A stretch of DNA of 64,000 bases, taken from positions 654 through 64,653 of the forward strand of contig JAVXBC010000002.1 in NCBI GenBank assembly GCA_036660195.1, read 5' to 3'. Source of the stretch: Acinetobacter sp. (GTDB lineage: Bacteria; Pseudomonadota; Gammaproteobacteria; Pseudomonadales; Moraxellaceae). Below, piece by piece: positions 34,645 to 44,608 of this stretch. Below the pieces are notes generated by a model that searched no databases, was not told the DNA's origin, and was given only the letters and a program-made list of their open reading frames with translations. The translations under genes were made by a program, and so were the position numbers. Positions within the stretch are counted from its first letter, which is position 1. Each line of letters starts with the position of its first letter.

Positions 34645-36903
34645 TTAGTATTTGACTGTGTAACTCAACCCATAAGTACGACCTTGTGCAGGTAAGCTTG
34701 AGATTGCACCATATACAGCTTCCGCCGCTTGGCTATATACGGTTTTATATTCCGTATTCCAAACGTTATAAACGCCAAAACCGACCGTACCAGGCCCAGC
34801 CTTCGCATTGGCAATGACATCCATCACCGCATAGCCTTTGATTTTGGTCGCAGCATTTGGACGTACATTAGCATCGTATTTTGCCACCAATGCATCTTGA
34901 TAGGCTTTGTCTGTACCTTTAACTGCCAGCATCTGAACACGTAATCCATTGCCTTGATCATCGTTCCATTCACCAAATAGCGTACCTTTCACTGGTGAAA
35001 CTTGTAATGCATTCAATTCACGCCATGAATTAGCTGCATCTTTAAATTGACCACGGGTATAAGACAATGTACCACCCACATTGAATTGCTCTAATACAGG
35101 CATACTGGCATTGGCTTCTACACCATAAACACGTTGATCTGTATCTGCGACGGTCACAGAACGGTCTGCTTTAAATTGCACCACCTTATCAGAGGTATTA
35201 TAGAATCCGGTCAAGCCTAAATTTACGCCTTGATCGCTTTGCAATCTCCAACCCAATTCATAGTTGTTGACCGCAATCGGATCAACATTTTCAGAACGCA
35301 CGACATAACCTGCTGAAACATCACGTAATAGACGTTGAATATCAGGCAAACTAAACCCTTGTGAGAAATTACCAAAGAATTGCTGCTGATCATTAAGCTG
35401 ATACACCGCACCTAAATTGAATAAGGTTTTATCATGTTGAACTGAGCCAGCTGCGACAGAACCTACAGCTTGACCCGTGATGTCGCCTTGAATCGCAGGA
35501 AGCGTTGGTTTGAATGAAGTGGTATCACTTTCAATCCGTTGGTGACGGATACCTGCTTGGACATTTAAAGCATCAGTTAGATCATAATTACCCTGTAAAA
35601 ATACACCCAAGTTTTTAATGGTGGCATCGGGGCCAAAGTCATAACTACGACCTGTATTGCTATATTTTAAGCCGTTATTACTAAAGCTATATAGATCGGC
35701 TGTTTGCTTGTCTTGCTCATGGTCATAGTCGATACCATAGCTCAATTTTAAATCACGATCTGCCAGATTCAACTTTGAAGTCATTGCTGCACGAAGTCCT
35801 GCAACATCAATATCAGATTCTGATTGGTAAGCTAAGTAATAACCTGCTGGAATAAAGTTCGCTAAAAGTGTTGGATAAAATCTTGCTTTTTCATTGCGAT
35901 AATAAGCTTCAATATTCAGTTCTTGACCCAATACGTCGGTATTTTGATATTGCGCATTGACCGCATAGCGTTTGGTAAAGGGTTGATCATCAATTTCAAA
36001 ACCTTTTAATGCTTTTAGACTTGGTTTTTGACCAAGGAAAACCGCAAAATTGGTCCCATAATCAGGGCCGTATTCCGAATCTTGTTGGTCATTATAATAT
36101 TGCGCACCCAAGCTCAACTTTTGCTTATCGGTCAATTGCCAACTTAAACGTCCATTGACATCTACTGTTTCGGTATCTTGACGATCTGTTTGAGCAATTT
36201 CAGGCCCAATACGGTCACCATGACTGTCTTGGATTTCGCCACGTTTGGTATAACCCGCACCTAAGAAACCATTCCAGTCGCCTTGATTAAATCCAACCGA
36301 TTGATAAGCTTCATAAGCAAGTGCATCATTTCTAAAATTATCGCCAGACGTTACACCAACTTTCGACTCAAAACTTAAACCATCATTCTTTGCTTTTTTA
36401 GTAATAACGTTGATGATGCCGCCTGTTGCACCTGAACCATAAATACTACTTGCGCCTGACACCACTTCAATTTTTTCAATCGAATCTGGACTGATACTGT
36501 TCAGTTGACGTGCCGCATCACGAGAACCTGTCTGTGCCACACCATCAATCAAAATTAACACCTGACGACCACGCATGGTTTGACCGTAATTGGTGGTGGT
36601 ACCACTACTTGGGCTCAAAGATGGAACTAATTGAGCCAAAATATCAGCAAGTTTTCGCCCAGCCGCTGCTTGTTGTTCAATTTGTTTTTGTTCAATGGAT
36701 TGTACCGTTCCAGCAATTTCAGCAATGCTTTGTGCTGAACGCGTTGCAGTCACCACAATGGGTGCAAGTTTTACTGGATTTTGACTTTCTGCCACCGTCG
36801 TTACTTGAACAGCTGGTACTGTATCAGTCGTTTGCGCATAGAGCTGAGCACTGATCGCTAAACTTAAAAGTGTGAAAGATGTTGAAAGTGAAAGAACTTT
36901 CAT
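34645..36903 (-). CDS. actA: TonB-dependent ferric siderophore receptor (IutA/RhtA-like)
   Basis: Signal peptide, TonB box IVVTATR, plug (IEKIEVVSGASSIYGSGATGGIINVITK), C-terminal GRTYGLSYTVKY; GGGG SD before ATG 36903. Confidence 0.9.
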   Translation of the reverse strand: MKVLSLSTSFTLLSLAISAQLYAQTTDTVPAVQVTTVAESQNPVKLAPIVVTATRSAQSIAEIAGTVQSIEQKQIEQQAAAGRKLADILAQLVPSLSPSSGTTTNYGQTMRGRQVLILIDGVAQTGSRDAARQLNSISPDSIEKIEVVSGASSIYGSGATGGIINVITKKAKNDGLSFESKVGVTSGDNFRNDALAYEAYQSVGFNQGDWNGFLGAGYTKRGEIQDSHGDRIGPEIAQTDRQDTETVDVNGRLSWQLTDKQKLSLGAQYYNDQQDSEYGPDYGTNFAVFLGQKPSLKALKGFEIDDQPFTKRYAVNAQYQNTDVLGQELNIEAYYRNEKARFYPTLLANFIPAGYYLAYQSESDIDVAGLRAAMTSKLNLADRDLKLSYGIDYDHEQDKQTADLYSFSNNGLKYSNTGRSYDFGPDATIKNLGVFLQGNYDLTDALNVQAGIRHQRIESDTTSFKPTLPAIQGDITGQAVGSVAAGSVQHDKTLFNLGAVYQLNDQQQFFGNFSQGFSLPDIQRLLRDVSAGYVVRSENVDPIAVNNYELGWRLQSDQGVNLGLTGFYNTSDKVVQFKADRSVTVADTDQRVYGVEANASMPVLEQFNVGGTLSYTRGQFKDAANSWRELNALQVSPVKGTLFGEWNDDQGNGLRVQMLAVKGTDKAYQDALVAKYDANVRPNAATKIKGYAVMDVIANAKAGPGTVGFGVYNVWNTEYKTVYSQAAEAVYGAISSLPAQGRTYGLSYTVKY

Positions 36904-36913
36904 GAATGAACCC

Positions 36914-38161
36914 CTAGTTGAGTTGTTGCGTTTGTTTTGCTTTGTGGATGAGAACTTGGCTAAGTAAGACACTTAGTACAGATGCGGCAGCCAAAATGAG
37001 ATAGAAATTTCCATAGCCCAAAGCTTTTGCCAAGAAACCTGACATTGCCCCGCCAATGAAATAAACCAATAATTCGAAACAGACCAAAATGGTAAAATCT
37101 GTGCCTGCTTGCTCTTTTGAACTGGTGTGCATGAAATGTGCGTATAGCGAAGTCATGGCGACATAGCGAATGGCTAAAATCACCACGACAAAAACACCCA
37201 GTAGTAAACGCCACTGATCAAACCAGCTGAGTAAAACAGCTGCACCGAGCAAGGCATAAATCAAGGTTCGTGCCCAACCAGCCCAAATTAACAGTTGAGT
37301 TGCAGCTAATTTTTTTAACAAGAATGCAGCAGATACCGCTGCCAATAGACCGACTCCTGCACCTATCACTGACATGAGGACACCGATCTGTGCCAATGAC
37401 CATTTCTGATCAATCAACATTGGGTTCAGCATTGCCATAGCCGGTGCTTCAACTACGCGATAGCAGACAATCAATGCCAAAGCCCATAACATTTCAGGGC
37501 GTTTAAAAGCTCGAATTAGACTCGGCGGTTGTTTAGCAATTTTTTCTGCGCTAGATTTTTCTTTGATTTGGAAAACAGCAAACATGGTCAATGCCGTCAT
37601 TGCTGCCAAAGACATTAGAGCCGTTTGCCAACCATAAAGCTGATACAGCCATAAAGTGCCCGCACCACCGACCATACTGCCGAGCGCAACGCCAATACTT
37701 TGCGCCATACTTCCGAGACGATATTCCGACTCAGCAAAGGTTTCGACGGTATAACCATCAATGGCAATATCTTGCGTTGCAGCAAAAGTGGAAATCCATA
37801 ACCCGACGATGACAAAAACACCAAGTCCATAATCAAATTGGGTGAGTGCCAAAGCCACCACGCCTAACACCAAAGCAATTTGGGTAAACAGCAGCCAAGT
37901 TTTGCGCTTACCCAATGCCTTTAGGTAAAAACGATCCAGCAAAGGTGCCCAAAAAAACTTAAATGCCCACGGGATATACAGCAGCGATAACATACCAATC
38001 CAACGTAAATCCACGCCTTGATGGCGTAAAATCGTCGGCAATGCCACATTATAAAAATATAAAGGCAAGGCATGTGCAAGGTACAGCACCACCACAACTG
38101 ATAGACTCAAGGCGGATACAGATTTCAGTGGCAAACGATCAGGTTTGAGTTGCTGATTCAT
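36914..38161 (-). CDS. actC: RhtX/FptX-family MFS siderophore uptake permease
   Basis: IPWAFKFFWAPLLDR and ATQDIAIDGY AmpG/RhtX signatures; ATGA overlap with the upstream gene. Confidence 0.85.
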   Translation of the reverse strand: MNQQLKPDRLPLKSVSALSLSVVVVLYLAHALPLYFYNVALPTILRHQGVDLRWIGMLSLLYIPWAFKFFWAPLLDRFYLKALGKRKTWLLFTQIALVLGVVALALTQFDYGLGVFVIVGLWISTFAATQDIAIDGYTVETFAESEYRLGSMAQSIGVALGSMVGGAGTLWLYQLYGWQTALMSLAAMTALTMFAVFQIKEKSSAEKIAKQPPSLIRAFKRPEMLWALALIVCYRVVEAPAMAMLNPMLIDQKWSLAQIGVLMSVIGAGVGLLAAVSAAFLLKKLAATQLLIWAGWARTLIYALLGAAVLLSWFDQWRLLLGVFVVVILAIRYVAMTSLYAHFMHTSSKEQAGTDFTILVCFELLVYFIGGAMSGFLAKALGYGNFYLILAAASVLSVLLSQVLIHKAKQTQQLN

Positions 38162-38529
38162 AGATACCTCTGCACAGCCCATTGCATAGCATCGGCATTG
38201 TTCAAACTGACGAAATAAGGTACGTGCCAAGCTTTACGCAAGGCAGGCGTATCTAGTCGAATACGATCGACTTCATCTTGTGCAATACGAGCAAATCCTA
38301 AACAATATTGGTAAAAATCTTGCTTATATTGCTTGTACCATTTGGCTTGAATGGCGCGATATTCTTCTGGAAATTCGGTTTCAACATCTGTCTGCATGAT
38401 CAACACAAAACTCCGTTTTTGCTCGAAATAGTGCTGGATATGCATTAGCCATTGTTCAAACTCTGCCACTGAGACTTGCGCAGAAAAACGCATATCTAAG
38501 ATGTGCATCTCATTGATTGATAAACTCAT
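38158..38529 (-). CDS. Hypothetical protein in the siderophore operon (ActB-like)
   Basis: 123 aa, translationally coupled on both sides (4-nt overlaps). Confidence 0.75.
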   Translation of the reverse strand: MSLSINEMHILDMRFSAQVSVAEFEQWLMHIQHYFEQKRSFVLIMQTDVETEFPEEYRAIQAKWYKQYKQDFYQYCLGFARIAQDEVDRIRLDTPALRKAWHVPYFVSLNNADAMQWAVQRYL

Positions 38530-39164
38530 GTAACACTCAAGATATTGGCTAGCTGATTCGCGAGCTGTTGTTGTGATGCTTGGTGATATTCGCCAAACTT
38601 TTGGTAGAAGGTTTCTTTGAAGCAGAAGTACAACATGGCAGTTTTTTCAGCCATAGGGATGAGACGCTGGCTCTCGTAGCACATTTCTTCGACCACGGCG
38701 GCATAAGGTTTTACGGTATGATCTGGCTCGCCGACGATTTTTATCGCTTTCGAATTTTCAAAAATATAAAAACTCAATAAACGAATGGTCGGACGTAAAT
38801 AACCTTTACCAAAAACCGATTTGTCTCCAAACAATAAATGCCAGCCTAGATCATTGTCATCACCCTCGTAATAACGACCTAAACGATCACGCTTGCCTTC
38901 ATAAATTTCGGTATAGCCCACGTCTTTGCCATCGACGCCAACGATGAGTAAACGTTGATGGTCATCTGCCAACATCTTGTCGAAATAAACGTGTAGGTCG
39001 AGTTCAGATTTATTCAATTGCCATTGTGGTATGACGTGCGGTTCATGCATCCATTGATGCAATAAAGGAATATCTTGTGGATATTGCACTTGGCGTAAAT
39101 AATATTGCGTCCCATTCTCATGGTATTCATAGTAATCGGGTAATTGCTGGGAAATTGTTTTCAT
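38526..39164 (-). CDS. acbD: Siderophore N-hydroxy-amine acyltransferase (IucB/AlcB GNAT)
   Basis: LHQWMHEPHV..QW, GYTEIY...D, D.GWHLLFG, VGEPD. Confidence 0.85.
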   Translation of the reverse strand: MKTISQQLPDYYEYHENGTQYYLRQVQYPQDIPLLHQWMHEPHVIPQWQLNKSELDLHVYFDKMLADDHQRLLIVGVDGKDVGYTEIYEGKRDRLGRYYEGDDNDLGWHLLFGDKSVFGKGYLRPTIRLLSFYIFENSKAIKIVGEPDHTVKPYAAVVEEMCYESQRLIPMAEKTAMLYFCFKETFYQKFGEYHQASQQQLANQLANILSVT

Positions 39165-39176
39165 ATCACACCTTAT

Positions 39177-39212
39177 CTCCTTCCCTTTTTTAAGGGGAAG
39201 GTTGGGATGGGT
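39177..39212 (-). repeat. REP-like palindromic element between acbC and acbD
   Basis: Minus strand ACCCATCCCAACCTTCCCCTT-aaaa-AAGGGAAGGAG, resembling CCC..CCCAACCCTCTCCC-loop-GGGAGAGGG type intergenic repeats. Confidence 0.5.
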
Positions 39213-39229
39213 TGGTTATTTAATGAGGC

Positions 39230-41044
39230 TTAGCCCGCTTTAAATTTTGTTTGTTGAATTGACCATTCAGACAAAGTTTGCGGACTAACTGGGTTTGCCA
39301 TTGGGTCTAGGAATACAGGAACAGGACGTTCGGCTTCATCGTTATAACTGGTGGTAAATAAACGCACACGGTTCAAACAAATTTTGGTGTAAGTTGGTCG
39401 TAACATGGCAAATTTTTCAGCACGTTCAGCCAATTCAGGATGCTGCTGATTAAATTCAACAATGGTATTTGAAATGGTTTGCCAGAAATCCAGTTCCGAA
39501 TATTCAGGATAATCTTGCAAAAACACATTACAGATATAACGGTAATGCACCATAAACAAACCCGTGAAAATAAAGTGGCTCAAGTCTTCGGCTTCATGAC
39601 GCAACAATAAATCCGCTTCAGGTGGTAACTGCGCCAACTCTGGAAAATCTTGATCGACCAAATTAATGTCATCAATAAAGTCTTTTAATACCATTGCTTT
39701 CGGTACACCATTTTCATGTACCAACATGGTGTTTTCACCATGCGGAGAAAATGCTAAGCCGTAACGATATAAACAAAGCAACAATGGACTGAGGCTAACT
39801 TGAGCAAATTGCGCCAACCATTCAATTGGGCTCAAACCTGATGCTTGAATGAGTACGCTCAGGATGGATTGACCTGAAATATCTCGGTGTAATAATGCAG
39901 CTTGTGACATAACTTGCTGTGACGGATCGACATAACGGTCGACACTTTCACGCCATAAACAGCCAAACAATTCTTTAAATTGGTACGGTGCGCCTTCGAT
40001 TCGGTCAAAACACGGTTGATGAATGGTCAAAGTCGCAACTTCACCCAAGAAAATCACACCTGTTTTTTGCAAATCTTGATCTTGCTGATGAATCTGTTTT
40101 AACCACGCAGTCACCGCTGGCGCGGCAAGGTTTCGTTTGGAAGGCAATCCACGATACACCGCAGTATTAAAGATACTGACAGGCAACTTAATGTAATGAC
40201 GTTGTGTGTTTGATGTATTGCATAGCGTGCGGATTGACTGCATCGGCACAAAGCTATCTTGGCTAATGTTTAGCTCAACAATCTTCTGATCGACAATTTC
40301 ATTGGCATAGGTTGGCACTAACCATTGATGCCATTGCCACGCATGTACTGGAATTAGAAAGTAGTCTTGAGCATTTAGATTCTTGGCTTGCAAAATGTTT
40401 TGGAACTGCTGCAATTCATCTGCATCAAATTCATGTTGATATAACGAATTTGCATCCCATTGCGTAGTGCTTCGAAATTCGGCTAGGTCACGATGTACCG
40501 CCAACCACAGCACTTTCACTTCAGGCGAGAGTTCAGGCGCAGAAGTTAAATAATCATCATAGCCAAAGCCCATACGCCCTTTGCTCATAATCAGCCAAGG
40601 ATGACCACGTAACATGCCTTCAACTTTATAATGCGGCTCAGTCAAAACCGCATGGCTAGACAAGCGAGCTTGGTTAAACAAATGCGCTTCTGCTAACCAC
40701 GTATTGTTCATTTCTTTAATGAGATAGGCTTTGGTAAATGGCTTCACATTGGAGCTATCCGCCATTGCCACAATAAACTCATGCAAGTTCCAAGCAGGCA
40801 GATTCGCTTGTTCAGAAGTCAGATCACGCACAGAACCTTCTTGAATATGCCAATGCCCTAATAAATACGGATGACCTTGGAACTGATAACGTCGATCTGC
40901 CAAATCTAACTGGTAATGCCCAGCAGACAAGGCTTTGACTTCGATAATCTCTTCATACAGAAACTCTGCAATCGCCATTTCAATCAAGCGTTGTCCTGCG
41001 GCGCGCCATTGTTGTTGATTAATTTTCAAAGTGGCAAAGTTCAT
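39230..41044 (-). CDS. acbC: NIS siderophore synthetase, IucC type
   Basis: GHPW..KGRMGF, IPVHAWQW, QSIRTL, HGEN, KDF. Confidence 0.9.
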   Translation of the reverse strand: MNFATLKINQQQWRAAGQRLIEMAIAEFLYEEIIEVKALSAGHYQLDLADRRYQFQGHPYLLGHWHIQEGSVRDLTSEQANLPAWNLHEFIVAMADSSNVKPFTKAYLIKEMNNTWLAEAHLFNQARLSSHAVLTEPHYKVEGMLRGHPWLIMSKGRMGFGYDDYLTSAPELSPEVKVLWLAVHRDLAEFRSTTQWDANSLYQHEFDADELQQFQNILQAKNLNAQDYFLIPVHAWQWHQWLVPTYANEIVDQKIVELNISQDSFVPMQSIRTLCNTSNTQRHYIKLPVSIFNTAVYRGLPSKRNLAAPAVTAWLKQIHQQDQDLQKTGVIFLGEVATLTIHQPCFDRIEGAPYQFKELFGCLWRESVDRYVDPSQQVMSQAALLHRDISGQSILSVLIQASGLSPIEWLAQFAQVSLSPLLLCLYRYGLAFSPHGENTMLVHENGVPKAMVLKDFIDDINLVDQDFPELAQLPPEADLLLRHEAEDLSHFIFTGLFMVHYRYICNVFLQDYPEYSELDFWQTISNTIVEFNQQHPELAERAEKFAMLRPTYTKICLNRVRLFTTSYNDEAERPVPVFLDPMANPVSPQTLSEWSIQQTKFKAG

Positions 41045-42516
41045 ATCAATTTCTCATAAGTTGGATGCACAGCAGCAGTTTTCGTACGCGTATTTGCACG
41101 ACGATTGCTTGCGAGTGTTGGAATCAAATTTTCTATTTTCTTTAAAATCGAATGCTTTTTAGGTTCGGTTTTTTCACACAGACAATCTTCTGAATCGTCA
41201 TTGTGATCGACCAAGCAAATTTTAGGATTTTGCGAGAGATTAAAATGCTGAAAGGTTTGTGGCTGTTGAGCTAGGTCGTAAATTTTTCGTTCAGCAAGTT
41301 GGTTGATAATCGTGGCTGCACGATACGCTCCAAGTCCCAAGTCAGGCGTTCCAACACCATGACTATGCATTTCCTGATTTTGCACAAAAATATTGCCGTT
41401 CAGATGGTGCACAACACGATAGTCTTCGGTGATTTCCCAACGTTGTTTGTGGTCAAATTCAATATATGGTTTCAGCAGTTGCATAAACTCAAAATCAGGC
41501 GTGACATAACCTGTTGCTGCCACAAGGAAATCACAATCGAGATGGAAATTTTGTGCTGTAGCACGATGTTGAAAGTGCAAACGGATTTTTTGCCTATCCA
41601 ACACTTCTGCATCTTTCAAATCACACTGACTATGTAAATTAGTTTCTAAACGTTGCCCTGCAATACTTCGGTGATACAGTTTCTGATAAATTTCTCGAAT
41701 GGTTTTTGCGCTAATGCCTTTGTACAACAAGGCTTGTTGCTGCAATTGCTGCTGTTTCTGTTGCACGGACAAATCATAGAAATGCTGTGCATAGTCTGGG
41801 CTAAAGTGTTCTAAGCCGAGTGGTGCATATTCCATCGGAAAGAAACCTTGCGAACGCGTCAACCAATGCAAAGCAAATTGCTGATTTTGATCCTGCTGCT
41901 GATCAAACAAATCAACAAACACTTCCGCCGCAGATTGACCAGACCCAAGCACCACCACATCACCCTTTAAATCTGTCGTGGCATGGGTCATATACTGGGC
42001 TGAATGTAGGCATTGCTGAGGCAATTGTTTTTGAACTTTTGCCAAACATTCAGGGAGGTGCGGCGTATTGCCACTACCAATCACCAAATGACGGCACAAG
42101 TAACTTTGCTGAACGCCATCCGATTCAATCAAAACCTTAAAGCCAACGCTTTGCGGTTCAATTTTCAACACACGTGATTGATATTCAATACAATCCAGTT
42201 GCTCCGCTACCCATTGGCAATAATGGTTATATTCACAACGTGGAATATGTGGCTGCTCCAGAAAATAAAACTTATATAAGCGCTGCTGATGACGTAGATA
42301 ATTTAAAAAACTAAAGGGGCTGGTCGGATCAACCATCGACACCAAGTCCGCCATAAACGGCACTTGTAACACGGTATTGGGTAATTGCATGCCCGCATGC
42401 CAGTCAAACTGTGCCTTTTGCTCGAAAAACACATAATTCAATGTACTTTTATTCTGTAGCAAACTGGCAAGGCTTAAATTAAATGGCCCTAAACCAATGC
42501 CAATAAAATCAAGCAT
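41041..42516 (-). CDS. acbB: Flavin-dependent amine N-hydroxylase (IucD/RhbE family)
   Basis: IGIGLGPFNL, WHAGM..LQVPFMADLV, GSGQSAAE, ATGY, PDLGLGAYR. Confidence 0.9.
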   Translation of the reverse strand: MLDFIGIGLGPFNLSLASLLQNKSTLNYVFFEQKAQFDWHAGMQLPNTVLQVPFMADLVSMVDPTSPFSFLNYLRHQQRLYKFYFLEQPHIPRCEYNHYCQWVAEQLDCIEYQSRVLKIEPQSVGFKVLIESDGVQQSYLCRHLVIGSGNTPHLPECLAKVQKQLPQQCLHSAQYMTHATTDLKGDVVVLGSGQSAAEVFVDLFDQQQDQNQQFALHWLTRSQGFFPMEYAPLGLEHFSPDYAQHFYDLSVQQKQQQLQQQALLYKGISAKTIREIYQKLYHRSIAGQRLETNLHSQCDLKDAEVLDRQKIRLHFQHRATAQNFHLDCDFLVAATGYVTPDFEFMQLLKPYIEFDHKQRWEITEDYRVVHHLNGNIFVQNQEMHSHGVGTPDLGLGAYRAATIINQLAERKIYDLAQQPQTFQHFNLSQNPKICLVDHNDDSEDCLCEKTEPKKHSILKKIENLIPTLASNRRANTRTKTAAVHPTYEKLI

Positions 42517-44293
42517 AACTGACATCCTTCTGAGAAATACGCAGTGGATTTGGCAGTTGCACATAAACCGATTGATTTTCGACAGGCGCAATCAGCTCAT
42601 CTAACTCATGTAAACGTGTGAGCAAATTGCCTTTGTAGGGCAAAGTCGGATTGAACAATAAGCCTTGTAATAAGGTACTTTCAGGATATTGTTGTAATTG
42701 CTGCTGCAAGAAACCTTTTAGATGCTCAAGCAGTTCATCTTCAGAAATATGACCTGTCGCTCCGATGGCATTGATGATGCCAAACAAGGTATTGCCAAAG
42801 AAATAATAACTAAAACGCTCATCGACAAAATCTTTAGGGCCAACGGCAAAGGCTTTTTCTTTCAGTTCAGGCAGGGCTTGCAAAATCTTAGTTGCAAATT
42901 CTTCAATATAATAAAAACCTTGGTTATCACGCAGCCATAAGGTTTTAGGGAAATGATTTTCCAGTTCCAATAACACATTCTGCTGATGCGACTCGAATGC
43001 CATACCATAACGATGATAAACGTACATCAACGGTTGCAGGCTGACTTCAAGGAATTGATTGAACCAATCCAACGCGATTTCAGCAAAATCATTCCGATGG
43101 TTTTCTTTGGCAATTTTTGCAAATAAAGCATTAAAACGATTTAACGATTTATTCGGGTGATCCTGACATAAAGATGCAATACAGGTGACTTGCTGTTGCG
43201 GATGAAATGGTTGATCGCGGAAAATACAAATGCTTTCATTCACCACTTCATCATCAATCTGTAGCGCAATCCAAGCGGGGTCATTGACTGCTTTTAATGT
43301 TGGACATTGCTTTAAAATGCTCTGACCCAAATCGCTATGCCATAACCGATGCGTAAGTTCACCACGATGACACTCTTTGGCTAAGTTGACGCGAATTGAA
43401 TTAGTAATCATCACTGAAAGCGACGGTTTCACCATCCACGGCGCATTGAAACTTGCCAAAGTACGAATCGAAGTCGTTGGCGAAAATTGCCAACCTCGTA
43501 AGCCTAGATCAATCAACTGCCCTGTTTGTTTCAAACGTTCAAACCAAGACTTACCGTGTAGATAACGCGCTTGCCACGGGTGCAATGGCAATAATTTATA
43601 TTCAGTATGAGTCTTCAATAAATTGAGATCATTTTCAGACAGATACCACTGCAAAGCAGTTTTGAGCTGACTTGAAATACTTTCATCTGTGGCACAACCT
43701 TCAGCAATGTAGTCTTGATGAACCAACCAATAGTGCAGCTGAGTTTTGCCTTTATGTTCAGGTGAAAATTTCAACCAATCTTCATGCACAAAACCTGTTC
43801 TACTTTTCGGTGCGGGGTGCATGCTATGCCCCAAAATCAAAGCTTGCTCAGTTTCGATAAAACTTTGCCCAGCTTTAATCAGATCATCAAATTCATGTTC
43901 ACGTTGCACTAAAAATTGTTGCAAGGCATCACGACTTTGAATCCACTTTTCGACTAGAGATGCTGCATCCAAAGGAATTGAAGATTCTGAAACTAATTCT
44001 TCGAGCAATAACCCGACAATCGCAACTGGACTGAATGTCTTACTTTGCCCTTGGATAATAATTTGCGGAAGATTCGCTACGCGATGCCGCCCTACACGAC
44101 TCACATAAGATAAAGGGAAATAACATTGTGCTTGGATAGAATGAATCGGGAGAGATAACAGCGTCAAACCTTGGCTAAACGCTTGCTGTGTAGAAGTTTG
44201 TTGATTTTTATGGAGCAAATAACCTTTGCCAGTTTCTTGCGTATATGCGTTGACGAAATGTTGTATCGCCAACCGATTGGCAAGTGATTGCAT
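42509..44293 (-). CDS. acbA: NIS siderophore synthetase, IucA type
   Basis: EQALILGHSMHPAPKSR, LPLHPWQ, TSIRT, ITNSIR, HQQN, RDNQG; GAGGA SD before ATG 44293. Confidence 0.9.
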   Translation of the reverse strand: MQSLANRLAIQHFVNAYTQETGKGYLLHKNQQTSTQQAFSQGLTLLSLPIHSIQAQCYFPLSYVSRVGRHRVANLPQIIIQGQSKTFSPVAIVGLLLEELVSESSIPLDAASLVEKWIQSRDALQQFLVQREHEFDDLIKAGQSFIETEQALILGHSMHPAPKSRTGFVHEDWLKFSPEHKGKTQLHYWLVHQDYIAEGCATDESISSQLKTALQWYLSENDLNLLKTHTEYKLLPLHPWQARYLHGKSWFERLKQTGQLIDLGLRGWQFSPTTSIRTLASFNAPWMVKPSLSVMITNSIRVNLAKECHRGELTHRLWHSDLGQSILKQCPTLKAVNDPAWIALQIDDEVVNESICIFRDQPFHPQQQVTCIASLCQDHPNKSLNRFNALFAKIAKENHRNDFAEIALDWFNQFLEVSLQPLMYVYHRYGMAFESHQQNVLLELENHFPKTLWLRDNQGFYYIEEFATKILQALPELKEKAFAVGPKDFVDERFSYYFFGNTLFGIINAIGATGHISEDELLEHLKGFLQQQLQQYPESTLLQGLLFNPTLPYKGNLLTRLHELDELIAPVENQSVYVQLPNPLRISQKDVSYA

Positions 44294-44386
44294 CTGACGG
44301 TTTCCTCTATAAAGTGTTAATTTATTGAATGTTCTAAGGTCTAAATACGTCCAAAATACAGAACAAGCCATATTTAAGATTTACGT

Positions 44387-44405
44387 AATGATAATAATTA
44401 TCATT
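44387..44405. promoter_or_regulatory. Fur box upstream of acbA
   Basis: Perfect 9-1-9 palindrome AATGATAAT-A-ATTATCATT. Confidence 0.88.
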
Positions 44406-44497
44406 TATAATATCAATTACAAACACACAATTAACACAATCAATTCAAGATATTGATTTTTATAATTTTAACCAATATATTGTTCAGTAAAAATACA

Positions 44498-44520
44498 AAA
44501 GAGAATAATTCTCATTATCA
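44498..44520. promoter_or_regulatory. Second Fur-box-like site upstream of acbA
   Basis: AAAGAGAATAATTCTCATTATCA; GAGAAT-A-ATTCTC palindrome extended by ATTATC. Confidence 0.65.
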
Positions 44521-44608
44521 AATATTTTAATCAATTTTATCGTTCTAATTGTTTTTCTGAATGAATTAAATAAGTTGGAATAAAAATTTACAGCCTAAGA
44601 AAATAGGC

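Noticed and set aside
33367-44293. Aerobactin iucABCD-iutA or a wholly novel siderophore cluster
   Set aside because: Gene order (A, hydroxylase, C, acyltransferase, hypothetical, MFS, receptor, MFS) differs from iucABCD-iutA and matches the described acinetoferrin locus
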